Of a DNA stretch of 64,000 nt, positions 31,568 to 41,596 are shown one piece after another (the first letter of the stretch is position 1; the number at the start of each line of letters is the position of its first letter). This DNA comes from an uncultured Actinomycetaceae bacterium. Its GTDB lineage: Bacteria > Actinomycetota > Actinomycetes > Actinomycetales > Actinomycetaceae. A program made the translations under genes and the position numbers. The DNA lies in the NCBI GenBank assembly GCA_902464405.1, contig CABQJD010000001.1:22408-86407 (forward strand), in the 5' to 3' direction. The notes under the pieces were generated by a model. It made no database searches and had not been told where the DNA came from. It worked only from the letters and a program-made list of their open reading frames with translations.

Positions 31568-32046
31568 ATACCACACCCCCGCACTCTACCGACGCACCAA
31601 GCCTTGCTCGCAAGCCTTGGTCACGAGTGTGCACCTTCAAAATCTTGGCGTATATTGCCATATTCGTATACTCGGCTTTACGAGCGCTTCCTCTCATGTT
31701 TGTTGAAGAATTTCATGGGAGTATTTTAGTTATCTGGTTGATGGATATACTTACTGCAATCCCGTACACATGGGGTCTTCTCGAATTTGCCGTGTCTGCA
31801 CGCCCAGCACGCCGTTGGCTCGGTCTAACTATCGCTATCGTCACTTTTGCCGCTCCCTACATATATTTTTGGAGCCACGGAAACGACTATCCGCTGGGAG
31901 TGACGGCAATCGTGATCGCAATGATTGTCGGAGCTATCCTCTGGGAAGCTATCAAATACGTCCGAACCCGAGAAAAACTGCACTCACAGCAGTGCATAGC
32001 CCATACTCAGCAACACGTCTCATCTGCCGTAGACACCACTTTATGA
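31564..32046 (+). CDS. Hypothetical membrane protein
   Basis: Four hydrophobic segments; coupled to upstream gene by ATGA overlap. Confidence 0.7.
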   Translation: MNTTPPHSTDAPSLARKPWSRVCTFKILAYIAIFVYSALRALPLMFVEEFHGSILVIWLMDILTAIPYTWGLLEFAVSARPARRWLGLTIAIVTFAAPYIYFWSHGNDYPLGVTAIVIAMIVGAILWEAIKYVRTREKLHSQQCIAHTQQHVSSAVDTTL

Positions 32047-32522
32047 AGTAGCGCAGAAGCAATCGCACCAATCCCTTCACCAGCCCCAATAAAACCCAAG
32101 CGATCCGTCGTTGTGGCCGAAACAGATACAGGCGCACCGACGATACTGCTCATACGCACCTCAGCTTCCTTCTTTCTCGGTGCAAAACGAGGCCTTTGAG
32201 CAATAATCTGCACGGAAATGTTGGTGACGCCGAAACCAGCCTCACGCACAAGCCTCAACGTTTCTTTCAAAAATTGCTCGCCAGAAGCGCCCGAAAATTC
32301 TGGGCGATCCACCCCAAAAATAGATCCCATCTCCCCAACACCGCTCGCAATTAGCAAAGCATCGCACACCGCATGGGCTGCCGCATCACCATCCGAATGC
32401 CCTGCTAAAGGAGTTTCACCTTGCCACTCAAGGCATGCCAGCATGAGCGGCTTACCAGCGCAGTCACGCGCAAACGCATGTACATCAACCGCTGTCGCTA
32501 TTCGAAAATCGCTTGGATTCAT
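32007..32522 (-). CDS. ispF: 2-C-methyl-D-erythritol 2,4-cyclodiphosphate synthase
   Basis: DVH, GHSDGD, ATTTDRLG. Confidence 0.93.
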   Translation of the reverse strand: MNPSDFRIATAVDVHAFARDCAGKPLMLACLEWQGETPLAGHSDGDAAAHAVCDALLIASGVGEMGSIFGVDRPEFSGASGEQFLKETLRLVREAGFGVTNISVQIIAQRPRFAPRKKEAEVRMSSIVGAPVSVSATTTDRLGFIGAGEGIGAIASALLHKVVSTADETCC

Positions 32523-32551
32523 TCGTGTTTCCTCTCGTGCAAGCATATGAT

Positions 32552-33343
32552 TTACGCCGATATAGAAGCGCTGCGCTGCGCCATTAAAAGTTCAGCCACC
32601 TGCAGATCAAATGGAGTTGTGATTTTCAGCGCTGAAGAATCCCCTGGCACAGTTCGCACTTCTTCACCAAGAAGTTCCACCAGTGCAGCATCATCGGGAG
32701 CCGCAGCTTGTGCACTGGCAGATAAGCTAGCCGCACTCGTATGCGCGCACTCCAGCAGATCAATTATAAAACCTTGCGGCGTCTGCACAGCACGCAGTGA
32801 ACTGCGTTCAAGCGTGCGCATAACTTTCTCTGTATAGCTAGGGCTTACTGTGCAATTGGTGAGAGCGGCAGCTGCACTAGCATCTGGATCTGGAGAAATT
32901 TCTTTGATGGTATCCACTACGGGAAGCACTGGAATAACGGCAGCAGCTCCTGCTTCGAGCAAACCGCACACACGGCGAATCATTGGCGCTGGAGTAAGCG
33001 CGCGAGCAGCATCATGCACAAGCACATGGGTGGCACATGGAAAAAATTTTTTCACTGCGGCTAGACCGAGAGAAACTGATTCTTGACGAGTCGCACCCCC
33101 AGACGTGAGCACAAGACTATCGTCACCTGCATTGACAGACGCAAGGGCAGCAGAAAAATCCTCCACAGCAGAAGGGCTATCTGCTGGTATCGTCACAACA
33201 ATACGATCAACACCTGCTTCTTGCATCCCTCGCACAGCATGAGCTACCAGTGCTTCGCCCGCAAGCTTTACAAGCGCTTTTGGCTTATCAGCACCTAAGC
33301 GCGTGCCTGATCCAGCACCAGCGATAATTGCCGCAATATCCAT
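32552..33343 (-). CDS. ispD: 2-C-methyl-D-erythritol 4-phosphate cytidylyltransferase
   Basis: AGSGTRLG, VHDAAR, QTPQGF, KITTPFDL. Confidence 0.93.
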   Translation of the reverse strand: MDIAAIIAGAGSGTRLGADKPKALVKLAGEALVAHAVRGMQEAGVDRIVVTIPADSPSAVEDFSAALASVNAGDDSLVLTSGGATRQESVSLGLAAVKKFFPCATHVLVHDAARALTPAPMIRRVCGLLEAGAAAVIPVLPVVDTIKEISPDPDASAAAALTNCTVSPSYTEKVMRTLERSSLRAVQTPQGFIIDLLECAHTSAASLSASAQAAAPDDAALVELLGEEVRTVPGDSSALKITTPFDLQVAELLMAQRSASISA

Positions 33344-33453
33344 ACGCATCTCCATCTACGCACATCGTTATCGATACGCCAACCCAATCAACCCAATATA
33401 CGCACCGATAAGTTCCTGCAATATCGCAGAATTTAGCTTAGGAATGAACGCAA

Positions 33454-33981
33454 TTATTCAGCCGATTGCGCACTTTCTGCTGAATCTAGAACTATATCAA
33501 ATTCGCCCAGAATATCGTTGAGCAGCTCACCCGCTTTAGACTCGTCAATGCCGCGCGCCAGCGCAACTTCAGAGCAGAGAATTGCGCGAGCTTGAGAAAG
33601 CATACGTTTCTCTCCAGCCGAAAGACCTTTCTCACCATTGCGGCGCGTCAAATCTCTCACAACCTCTGCGACTTTATTGACGTCACCGCTCGTGAGCTTT
33701 TCGCCATTTGCTTTGAAACGACGGCTCCAATTTTGCGGCTCATCAACGTCTTCTTCACGCAAAATCGAAAAGACTTTTTCTAGCTGTTCATCGTTCGATA
33801 CATCTCGTACGCCGACCTCTTCGAGAGAATCAGCTGGCACTTGAATCGTCAGATCGCCCTGCACAATACGAAGCGTGAGATACAGGCGCTTCTCGCCTCT
33901 GATCATCTTCTCGGAGATGTCTTCAATATAGGCTGCCCCATGATGGGGGTACACAACAGTCTCGCCAACTTTGAACGGCAT
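33454..33981 (-). CDS. carD: CarD transcription factor
   Basis: [30 protein letters not shown]. Confidence 0.96.
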   Translation of the reverse strand: MPFKVGETVVYPHHGAAYIEDISEKMIRGEKRLYLTLRIVQGDLTIQVPADSLEEVGVRDVSNDEQLEKVFSILREEDVDEPQNWSRRFKANGEKLTSGDVNKVAEVVRDLTRRNGEKGLSAGEKRMLSQARAILCSEVALARGIDESKAGELLNDILGEFDIVLDSAESAQSAE

Positions 33982-34115
33982 AGCGCCTCTTCCTTTTTAG
34001 AACTTTGATACCATTCTACCAAAATTCATAGAAATTCGAGGCTCAAGTGTGGAATCTATCTTCCCCTCTCCATGATTTAGAAATAGTTTAGAAATAGGAA
34101 GAGGAGAAGGAAACC

Positions 34116-34823
34116 TTACGAACGCTTATGAGCAGTATTTCTGGAACGAATAATACGAAACCCTTTTTGGCTCGCAATCTTCTCGCTCGGATACCCCTGC
34201 TCATTGAGCCATACCATGAGCGAATCGGCACCCAAATTTTTCTGCACCACCCAATATGCCTCACCAGTTTCAGGCTTCAGCGCCGCAAGCCATGTGAGCA
34301 AAAGATCATGGAGTGCTTCTTTTCCAATTCTGATCGGGGGGTTACTCCAAATCAGATCAATTCCTCCATGTTTCTTAGCAATTTCCATAGCGGTTGCTGT
34401 ATCTGCTGTTTGTATATGTGAAAGCTGAAGTTCCTGCGCATTTTTTCTCGTCAGTTCCAGCGCGCGCTCATTCACATCAACAGCCACAATATCTGCCCTC
34501 GGGTACTCGTGCGCAAGAGCAAAGGCAATTACTCCCCAACCGCAACCAATATCAGCGCACAAAGGAGGGATGCTGTTCGCGGGCGAAGTATCAGTAGATT
34601 GCTCTCTATCAGCAAATGCCGTTGTATCTATAGGTGACGCTTGAGCGATAGCCGCGTTCACAGGAACCTTATCGAGCAATACGCGAGTACCTCGATCTAA
34701 TTCACGCGCAGAAAATACGCCGTCACTCGTCGTCACCACATAGTCAATACCACGTGCGCGATAAGAAACGCTATGCGCTTGCGCCTGTGAAGCAGGCTGC
34801 GCTGTGAAATAGTGGTCTGCCAT
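34116..34823 (-). CDS. RsmC-like class I SAM methyltransferase
   Basis: DHYF, DIGCGWG, SNPPIRIGK. Confidence 0.88.
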   Translation of the reverse strand: MADHYFTAQPASQAQAHSVSYRARGIDYVVTTSDGVFSARELDRGTRVLLDKVPVNAAIAQASPIDTTAFADREQSTDTSPANSIPPLCADIGCGWGVIAFALAHEYPRADIVAVDVNERALELTRKNAQELQLSHIQTADTATAMEIAKKHGGIDLIWSNPPIRIGKEALHDLLLTWLAALKPETGEAYWVVQKNLGADSLMVWLNEQGYPSEKIASQKGFRIIRSRNTAHKRS

Positions 34824-35273
34824 AGATATTTCCTCAATCACTGCAGTGCGGATAGATTGCGTTGTTTCAATAGAACTACCGTCACGAATATAACATTACG
34901 CCTAATATACAGCGCTGAAAATCCATGTATTTCCTTATCGAACTGTTTCATACCTATCCACTGCGCACCCCTTCCTATTTCAGCATTCAATAGCTGAAAA
35001 TTCCCCTCATTGCCGCATTTTCTCACTGGAATAAAACTTGCGAAAGAGAGCCAGGGAATAATTTTTATGTGAAATTTATGTGAAAAGCATGGCAGAAATG
35101 CACCTAGAGCAATATTTCCATTCTGGGCAGCAACTGCCCTTTTTTTAGCGAGCACATGAGAGTTTTAGATAGAAATGACGATTCTCCAATAATTGGCCGC
35201 TTCAAAGCATCTGCTTAATTGTGCCTTATGATAGGCAATGGTAGCCTCTTTGAGGCTGGTAGGAGAGGTATAT

Positions 35274-36788
35274 ATGAATTCACAACCCACACATGAGCTT
35301 GAAACAGAACAAAGCACCCAGCAATTAAAGCGAGGGCTGCGCGCACGCCACCTCAATATGATCGCTATTGGCGGCGCAATCGGCACAGGGCTGTTTGTGG
35401 CATCAGGCGGCACTATTTCAAATGCCGGCCCGGGCGGCGCTCTGCTTGCATATGCACTTATCGGAATTATGGTCTATTTCCTTATGCAAAGCCTCGGCGA
35501 AATGGCGACTTATATGCCCGTAGCGGGTTCATTCGGCGAGTACGGCACGCGCTTCGTCTCCCCGAGCTTCGGTTTTGCGATGGGATGGAACTACTGGTTT
35601 AACTGGACTATTACGGTCGCTGCTGAGCTTGTTGCAGCAGGGCTCGTCATGAAGTTCTGGCTTCCAGATGTGCCGATGTGGATCTGGAGTGCAATTTTCC
35701 TTGTAGTGCTGTTTGTGATCAATGCTCTATCAGCGCGCGCATACGGAGAAAGTGAATTTTGGTTTGCTCTTATTAAAGTCGTAACTGTAATCGTATTCCT
35801 CATCGTTGGTGTACTGATGATCGTGGGCATTCTTCAAGGATCTGCTCAAGGCTTTGAAAACTGGACTATTGCTGATCCTGCAACAGGAGAGAAAGCACCG
35901 TTTGTGAATGGTGTGATGGGTATCCTTTCTGTGTTTATGATTGCTGGTTTCTCTTTCCAGGGCACTGAAATGATCGGCGTAGCTGCTGGCGAAGCCGAGC
36001 ATCCAGAAAAGACGATTCCCAAGGCAATTAAATCCGTGTTTTGGCGCATTCTGCTCTTCTATATTTTCGCTATTGCCGTGATTGGCTTCTTGATTCCATT
36101 CACCGATCCCAATTTGTTGAATGCCTCCGATACAGGCGATATTACAATCGCTCCATTTACCTTAATCTTTGCAAAGAGCGGACTTATCGGCCAGGCCGTG
36201 ATTGCTTCCGTGATGAATGCAGTAATCCTCACAGCCGTGCTTTCCGCAGGTAACTCTGGCTTATACGTCTCTACCCGTATGCTCTATTCACTCGCTGAGA
36301 ATCGGCAAGCTCCGAAGATGTTCGTGAAATTAAATAAACAAGGTGTGCCAATTCCAGCGCTCATTGCCACAACGGCTATTGCGCTGCTTTGCTTCCTGAG
36401 CTATCTCTTTGGTGAAGGGCAAGCATATACGTGGATCGTGAATGCTTCTGGTCTCGCTGGTTTCATCACATGGGTTGGTATTGCATGGTGCCATCTGAAA
36501 TTCCGCCGAGCATATGTTGCACAAGGGCGAGCATTAGAAGATCTGCCATTTAAGGCGAAGCTCTTTCCATTCGGCCCTATAGTGGCTCTTGCAATGTGCG
36601 TACTCGTAATCGTTGGGCAAAACTACGAAGCGCTCTTGGGGCGTAGCGGTTTTCTTTCCCTGCTGAGTTCCTATATTGGCTTGCCGCTTTTCCTGATTCT
36701 CTGGATTGGGCATAAATTCGTGACGAAAGCGCCAAAAATTGATCCTTTAGAGGCAAATCTATCGCGCGAAGATACGCATATCGGCTAG
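35274..36788 (+). CDS. lysP: APC amino acid permease (LysP-like)
   Basis: LKRGLRARHLNMIAIGGAIGTGLF, GFSFQGTE. Confidence 0.82.
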   Translation: MNSQPTHELETEQSTQQLKRGLRARHLNMIAIGGAIGTGLFVASGGTISNAGPGGALLAYALIGIMVYFLMQSLGEMATYMPVAGSFGEYGTRFVSPSFGFAMGWNYWFNWTITVAAELVAAGLVMKFWLPDVPMWIWSAIFLVVLFVINALSARAYGESEFWFALIKVVTVIVFLIVGVLMIVGILQGSAQGFENWTIADPATGEKAPFVNGVMGILSVFMIAGFSFQGTEMIGVAAGEAEHPEKTIPKAIKSVFWRILLFYIFAIAVIGFLIPFTDPNLLNASDTGDITIAPFTLIFAKSGLIGQAVIASVMNAVILTAVLSAGNSGLYVSTRMLYSLAENRQAPKMFVKLNKQGVPIPALIATTAIALLCFLSYLFGEGQAYTWIVNASGLAGFITWVGIAWCHLKFRRAYVAQGRALEDLPFKAKLFPFGPIVALAMCVLVIVGQNYEALLGRSGFLSLLSSYIGLPLFLILWIGHKFVTKAPKIDPLEANLSREDTHIG

Positions 36789-36996
36789 CTTGCCCTTATA
36801 AACTGCAAGCTGCGCTGCAAGCTTTGCGTAAAATGAGTTCATACAAAATGAATTATTTTGCGCTGCAAACCTTAAATTTGCACCGCAAGCCCTAAGCATG
36901 GCACATCGCCAGTGGGTAAAATAAAAGAGATGCGCACGCGTGCGCCCAATTCCGTGACGGTGACTGCCGTCACGCATACTACATCAAGGATGGATT

Positions 36997-37734
36997 ATGA
37001 GCTATAAACTGATTCTCCTGCGCCATGGGCAAAGCGAATGGAATGCTCTCAACCTCTTTACAGGTTGGGTAGATGTACCGCTTTCCGATCAAGGGCGCGA
37101 AGAAGCCGCTGCTGGCGGCAAGCTGATGAAGGAGCAAGGCATTGTGCCAGATGTTCTTTTCACGTCAATGCTGCGCCGTGCAATTATGACGGCAAATCTC
37201 GCTCTCGATGCCTGCGATCGTCACTGGATTCCAGTAGAGCGCAGCTGGCGCCTCAACGAACGCCATTACGGCGCATTGCAGGGCAAAAACAAGAAGGAAA
37301 TTCGTGACGAATACGGCGAAGAACAGTTTATGCAGTGGCGCCGTTCATACGACGTTCCGCCGCCTGCAATTGAAGCTGGTTCGGAATTTTCACAAGATTC
37401 AGATCCGCGCTATGCTGGCGAGCCAATCCCTGCAACTGAGTGCTTAAAAGATGTGCTCCAGCGTGCACTGCCTTATTGGGAAGAGCGCATTGTGCCAGAG
37501 CTAAAGAGCGGCAAGACAGTGATGATTGCAGCTCATGGAAATTCCCTGCGCGCTATCGTCAAGCACCTCGATCAGATTTCAGATGAAGATATTGCTGGTC
37601 TAAATATCCCAACGGGCGTGCCGCTCTATTACGAATTAGACGAAGAAACCCTTCAGCCGCTCAAGAAAGGCGGCACTTACCTCGATCCAGACGCGGAAGC
37701 AAAAATTGCTGCTGTGGCAAATCAAGGCAAGTAG
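36997..37734 (+). CDS. gpmA: 2,3-BPG-dependent phosphoglycerate mutase
   Basis: [23 protein letters not shown]. Confidence 0.96.
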   Translation: MSYKLILLRHGQSEWNALNLFTGWVDVPLSDQGREEAAAGGKLMKEQGIVPDVLFTSMLRRAIMTANLALDACDRHWIPVERSWRLNERHYGALQGKNKKEIRDEYGEEQFMQWRRSYDVPPPAIEAGSEFSQDSDPRYAGEPIPATECLKDVLQRALPYWEERIVPELKSGKTVMIAAHGNSLRAIVKHLDQISDEDIAGLNIPTGVPLYYELDEETLQPLKKGGTYLDPDAEAKIAAVANQGK

Positions 37735-37765
37735 CTTCTGATTACGCTATATACGCAGTGATATA

Positions 37766-37817
37766 CGCAGCCCGAGATAGTTCTTAGCATTCAATGCAAG
37801 AAACCGTCTCGGGCTGT
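37766..37817. terminator. Hairpin between convergent gpmA and nanE
   Basis: CAGCCCGAGA...TCTCGGGCTG inverted repeat. Confidence 0.6.
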
Positions 37818-37832
37818 GTGCGTCATCTTAAA

Positions 37833-38528
37833 TCACTTCTGCGAATCAGGCACAAACCACTTCGTGAGGGTAGTTGGGTGAGTGATAGCTGTGCCGACGC
37901 ATGCAGCGTGAGCACCCATCTCCAGCACCTTTGCCACATCCTCTGGGTGATGCAGGCGCCCCTCCACAATCACTGGCTTCGTGACGGCAGCAAGGACTTC
38001 CTGAATAAACGCATAATCCGGACCTTCAGTCTTTTCTCGCGCATATTCATATCCAGGCGTATACCCAGCAAGAGTAGTACCGATAAAATCAGCCCCAGCA
38101 GCTTCCGCAGCTTTAGCATCTTCCACAGAGGCACAGTCTGCCATAATCAAAACTCCAGGGAACTCCTGATGAATCGCAGCTACGGCGTCGGCAAACGTCT
38201 CCCCGTTAATACGTGGGCGAAGAGTCGCGTCAATAGCAATAATTTCTGCACCAGCAAGCGCAGCTGCGCGTGCATGAGCAATCGACGGCGTAATATACAC
38301 ACCCTCGTGCCCATATTTAATCAAACCAATAATCGGCATATCAGTTGCCTGCCGCGCTGCAATAATATCTGCCACGCCTTGTACGCGCACTGCTGCAGCG
38401 CCGCCTTCCACAACTGCCTGAACCATAGCTGCAGTAATATCTGCACGGCGCAGCGGCTCCCCTGGATACGCCTGGCAGGAAACAATTAACTTTCCGCGGA
38501 TTGCTTCCACAAGATCAGCGTTCATCAT
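37833..38528 (-). CDS. nanE: N-acetylmannosamine-6-phosphate 2-epimerase
   Basis: LIVSCQAYPGEP, GTTLAGYT, VGTAITHP. Confidence 0.94.
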   Translation of the reverse strand: MMNADLVEAIRGKLIVSCQAYPGEPLRRADITAAMVQAVVEGGAAAVRVQGVADIIAARQATDMPIIGLIKYGHEGVYITPSIAHARAAALAGAEIIAIDATLRPRINGETFADAVAAIHQEFPGVLIMADCASVEDAKAAEAAGADFIGTTLAGYTPGYEYAREKTEGPDYAFIQEVLAAVTKPVIVEGRLHHPEDVAKVLEMGAHAACVGTAITHPTTLTKWFVPDSQK

Positions 38529-38544
38529 TACTTCTTTCTACTCT

Positions 38545-39519
38545 CTACTTAATTTCCACGCCAGCAAGCAGGAATGCATCACGAGCAGCGCCAAGGAATG
38601 CAGCATTGTTCTTAAGCTTTGCACGACGAAGATCCACTTTATCTTGCATATATTCGGGCAGAAGCTCCATCAGCCGCTCCTGCATAGCTTTCCACCATTC
38701 ACTATCGGGCTTTGGCACTCCTCCGCCAAGCACAATAACCTCTGGATCAAGCATCATTACATACCAACTCATCACCTCGCCGAGCCGACGCCCCAGTGCA
38801 CGAGTGACGTTGAGGGCCACCTCGTCACCCTCAGCCGCAAGCTCCATCACGAGCTGCCCACGAACAGCATCATTCGCTTCGGGCCCATCAGCTTCTTTAT
38901 AGAAATGCACCATTGCTGGGCCTGCTGCATTTTGTTCAAATTTAGCTGGTAGATCACCATCACTAACCACAGGTCCTTCAGCAAAAGGAATACGAGCAGT
39001 GCCAATTTCTCCACCGATATGGTGAGCGCCGCGTACAACCTCACCGTTGAGCACAAATGAACAGCCGATACCTGTACCCACAGCAACCATCAGCATAGAG
39101 CTTGCTCCACGCCCAGCTCCCATCCACAGCTCACCAACGGCGTGAGCATCAGCGTCATTTTGCACTTTGATCGGCACATCACGTGCCCAATCCAAACGTT
39201 TGCGAAGCCCTCCCACAATATCTGTGCCAATCCATTTAACGATTGTGCCTGAAGAGTTCACTACTACCCCTCGCTCAGCGTCAATCGAGCCGGCCGCACC
39301 GATACCAATTGCTGCCGGAATTTCTCCTAGAAGCTCATACTCATGCTGAATAAGCTCAGCCATCGTATCGAGAATAGCTTCACCACCCACCTGAGCAGGA
39401 GTTAAAGCTTTGATCTTCTCGCTCACCTGCTCACCTTGTGAATTGACGAGTGCAGCAGCAGTTTTCGTGCCGCCGAGATCAATTGCAATCGCTGTGCTGA
39501 TTTTCTTTGCCACAGTCAC
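38545..39519 (-). CDS. nanK: ROK-family kinase (ManNAc kinase)
   Basis: IDLGGTK, NDADA, GTGIG; located between nanA and nanE. Confidence 0.8.
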   Translation of the reverse strand: MTVAKKISTAIAIDLGGTKTAAALVNSQGEQVSEKIKALTPAQVGGEAILDTMAELIQHEYELLGEIPAAIGIGAAGSIDAERGVVVNSSGTIVKWIGTDIVGGLRKRLDWARDVPIKVQNDADAHAVGELWMGAGRGASSMLMVAVGTGIGCSFVLNGEVVRGAHHIGGEIGTARIPFAEGPVVSDGDLPAKFEQNAAGPAMVHFYKEADGPEANDAVRGQLVMELAAEGDEVALNVTRALGRRLGEVMSWYVMMLDPEVIVLGGGVPKPDSEWWKAMQERLMELLPEYMQDKVDLRRAKLKNNAAFLGAARDAFLLAGVEIK

Positions 39520-39712
39520 TCCTTCGCTATATGAGATTGAATAGCGCGTATCTGGCTATATCTATATTTTCATTGATATGCAATGCACCTGCGAGATTAA
39601 GGTGCACCGAATTAAGGTGCACTAAAAAGCGGCGTCCAAGCGCGTGAGTTGCCAAGAATCGGTGCTCCTATGCACGATCGATAGCAGTGGCGCACTTGAA
39701 CGCCGCATTCTT

Positions 39713-40627
39713 TTAGCTGAGCAAGCCGACTTTCTTCAGCACAGCACGCACGTGCTCCACGTTCTCACCTTCAAGTGGCTTCACTGGGCGAGGCATCTCG
39801 TTGGTCTCAAATACGCCGAGAAGCTGGCATGCTGTCTTGAATGCACCAATGCCTGCACCGAAACCTTGCACGCCTTTCACCTGCACAATAGTCATGAGAG
39901 TTGCGAGACGATCCTGCTCCTTGCGCACGCCTTCCCAATCTCCTGCTTGGTAGAGATCCCACTGCTTTACGTATCCAGCTGGATCCACATTACCCAAGCC
40001 TGGCACTGAGCCATCTGCGCCAGAAAGATATGCACCATCGACCACGACTTCATGCCCTGTGAGCAGCTGGAGCGGGTGCCCTGCTTCCTCGTTGAGCATC
40101 GTCAAGAAACGGAAGGAAACATCGTCACCAGAAGAATCTTTCACGCCGTTCAACGTGCCTTCTTTGGCAAGCTCCATAAGGAGTGCTGGCGAAAGCTTCA
40201 CGTGTACGCACACGGGGATATCGTAAGCCCAAATCGGCAAATCAGTTGCTTTGCGAAGCAAACGGAAATGCTCTTTGATTTCTGCTTCTCCTTGCAGTGC
40301 ATAGAACGGAGCAGTCGCCACAACGCCTGCCACTCCATACTTTTCAGCAACCTTAATATGCTCGATCACACGCTCTGTTTCGGTATCGATCACGCCGCAA
40401 AGAATCGGAATACGCCCGTCTACAACGCGTGTAGCTTCAGCAATAATCTGCTCACGGCGTTCATTGGTGGAAAATACCACCTCTCCGCTGGATCCGAGCA
40501 CGAATAAGCCGTGAATACCAGCATCAATCATGCGGTTGATATGACGCTCAAGAGATGGAACATCGAGTTCACCATTTTTGAGTGGAATAGATAGCGGCGG
40601 TACAACGCCACGAATTGGCTTAGCCAT
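39713..40627 (-). CDS. nanA: N-acetylneuraminate lyase (DHDPS family)
   Basis: LGSSGE, YDIPVC, KDSSGD; nan cluster context. Confidence 0.85.
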   Translation of the reverse strand: MAKPIRGVVPPLSIPLKNGELDVPSLERHINRMIDAGIHGLFVLGSSGEVVFSTNERREQIIAEATRVVDGRIPILCGVIDTETERVIEHIKVAEKYGVAGVVATAPFYALQGEAEIKEHFRLLRKATDLPIWAYDIPVCVHVKLSPALLMELAKEGTLNGVKDSSGDDVSFRFLTMLNEEAGHPLQLLTGHEVVVDGAYLSGADGSVPGLGNVDPAGYVKQWDLYQAGDWEGVRKEQDRLATLMTIVQVKGVQGFGAGIGAFKTACQLLGVFETNEMPRPVKPLEGENVEHVRAVLKKVGLLS

Positions 40628-40745
40628 TATTCATTCTCTCCTTAGAGAATAGTGTTTTGTGAGTGACGGCGGAGCGCACTAACAACTGCACAGCTGTACA
40701 GCTATAGCAGTACGCACCGTGCACACCGCCGCACGAAATTTTTCC

Positions 40746-41594
40746 TCAGCTGAGGTTTGGATGAAGGAGCGACGGCGCAGCCCCGAGGAGCTTGCGCGTA
40801 TACGGATCCTTCGGGTTATGCAGCAACTCTTGAGCTGGACCTTCTTCCACCACAACGCCTTTGTTCATCACGGCGATGCGATCGGAAATGTAGCGCACAG
40901 TCTGAATATCGTGTGAAATAAAGACCATCGCCAAGCCAAGCTCCTCGCGCAGATCGGAAAGAAGATTCAGGATCTGAGCTCGCACAGAGACGTCGAGTGC
41001 CGAAGTCGGCTCGTCAGCAATAATTGCTTTCGGGTTGAGCGAGAGTGCACGTGCAATGGCCACGCGCTGACGCTGCCCACCAGAGAGCTGCCCTGGAAGA
41101 GCGCCCAAGGCGGAGAGCGGCAATCCCACTAAACCGAGCAATTCACGCACGCGACTCGCGCGTGAGGCTTCGTCACCGATTTTGTGCACGCGAAGCGGAT
41201 CAGCGAGCTGATCTTGCACAGTCATACGAGGATTCAAAGCAGTTGCTGGATCCTGGAAGACCACCGATACAACTTGACCGATATGACGGCGATCCTCAGC
41301 TGTTCGCTTCGTCACGTCTTTGCCCATGAAGAATACTTTGCCCTTGGTTGCTACCTGCAAACCGCACATCACGTTTGCTGTGGTAGATTTGCCGCAGCCA
41401 GATTCACCCACGATGCCAAGCACTTTTCCAGGCATAATCTTCATATCTACACCACGCACAGCGTGCACGTGATTTGGCTTGAAGATGGAGCCTGTACGGG
41501 CTTTGAACGTCACTTCCACGCCCTGCAACTCGATAATCGGAGTGTTGGGATCAACAGGTGCCTCATTTGGCAAAATCAATTTTTCTTCTGCCAC
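40746..41594 (-). CDS. Opp/Dpp-type ABC ATPase (probable sialic acid uptake)
   Basis: GESGCGKST, LSGGQRQR, DEPTSALD. Confidence 0.92.
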   Translation of the reverse strand: MAEEKLILPNEAPVDPNTPIIELQGVEVTFKARTGSIFKPNHVHAVRGVDMKIMPGKVLGIVGESGCGKSTTANVMCGLQVATKGKVFFMGKDVTKRTAEDRRHIGQVVSVVFQDPATALNPRMTVQDQLADPLRVHKIGDEASRASRVRELLGLVGLPLSALGALPGQLSGGQRQRVAIARALSLNPKAIIADEPTSALDVSVRAQILNLLSDLREELGLAMVFISHDIQTVRYISDRIAVMNKGVVVEEGPAQELLHNPKDPYTRKLLGAAPSLLHPNLS

Positions 41595-41596
41595 GA

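Noticed and set aside
34840..35270. Lysine riboswitch upstream of the lysP-like gene
   Set aside because: No recognisable L-box elements or terminator by eye; an Rfam scan would be needed.
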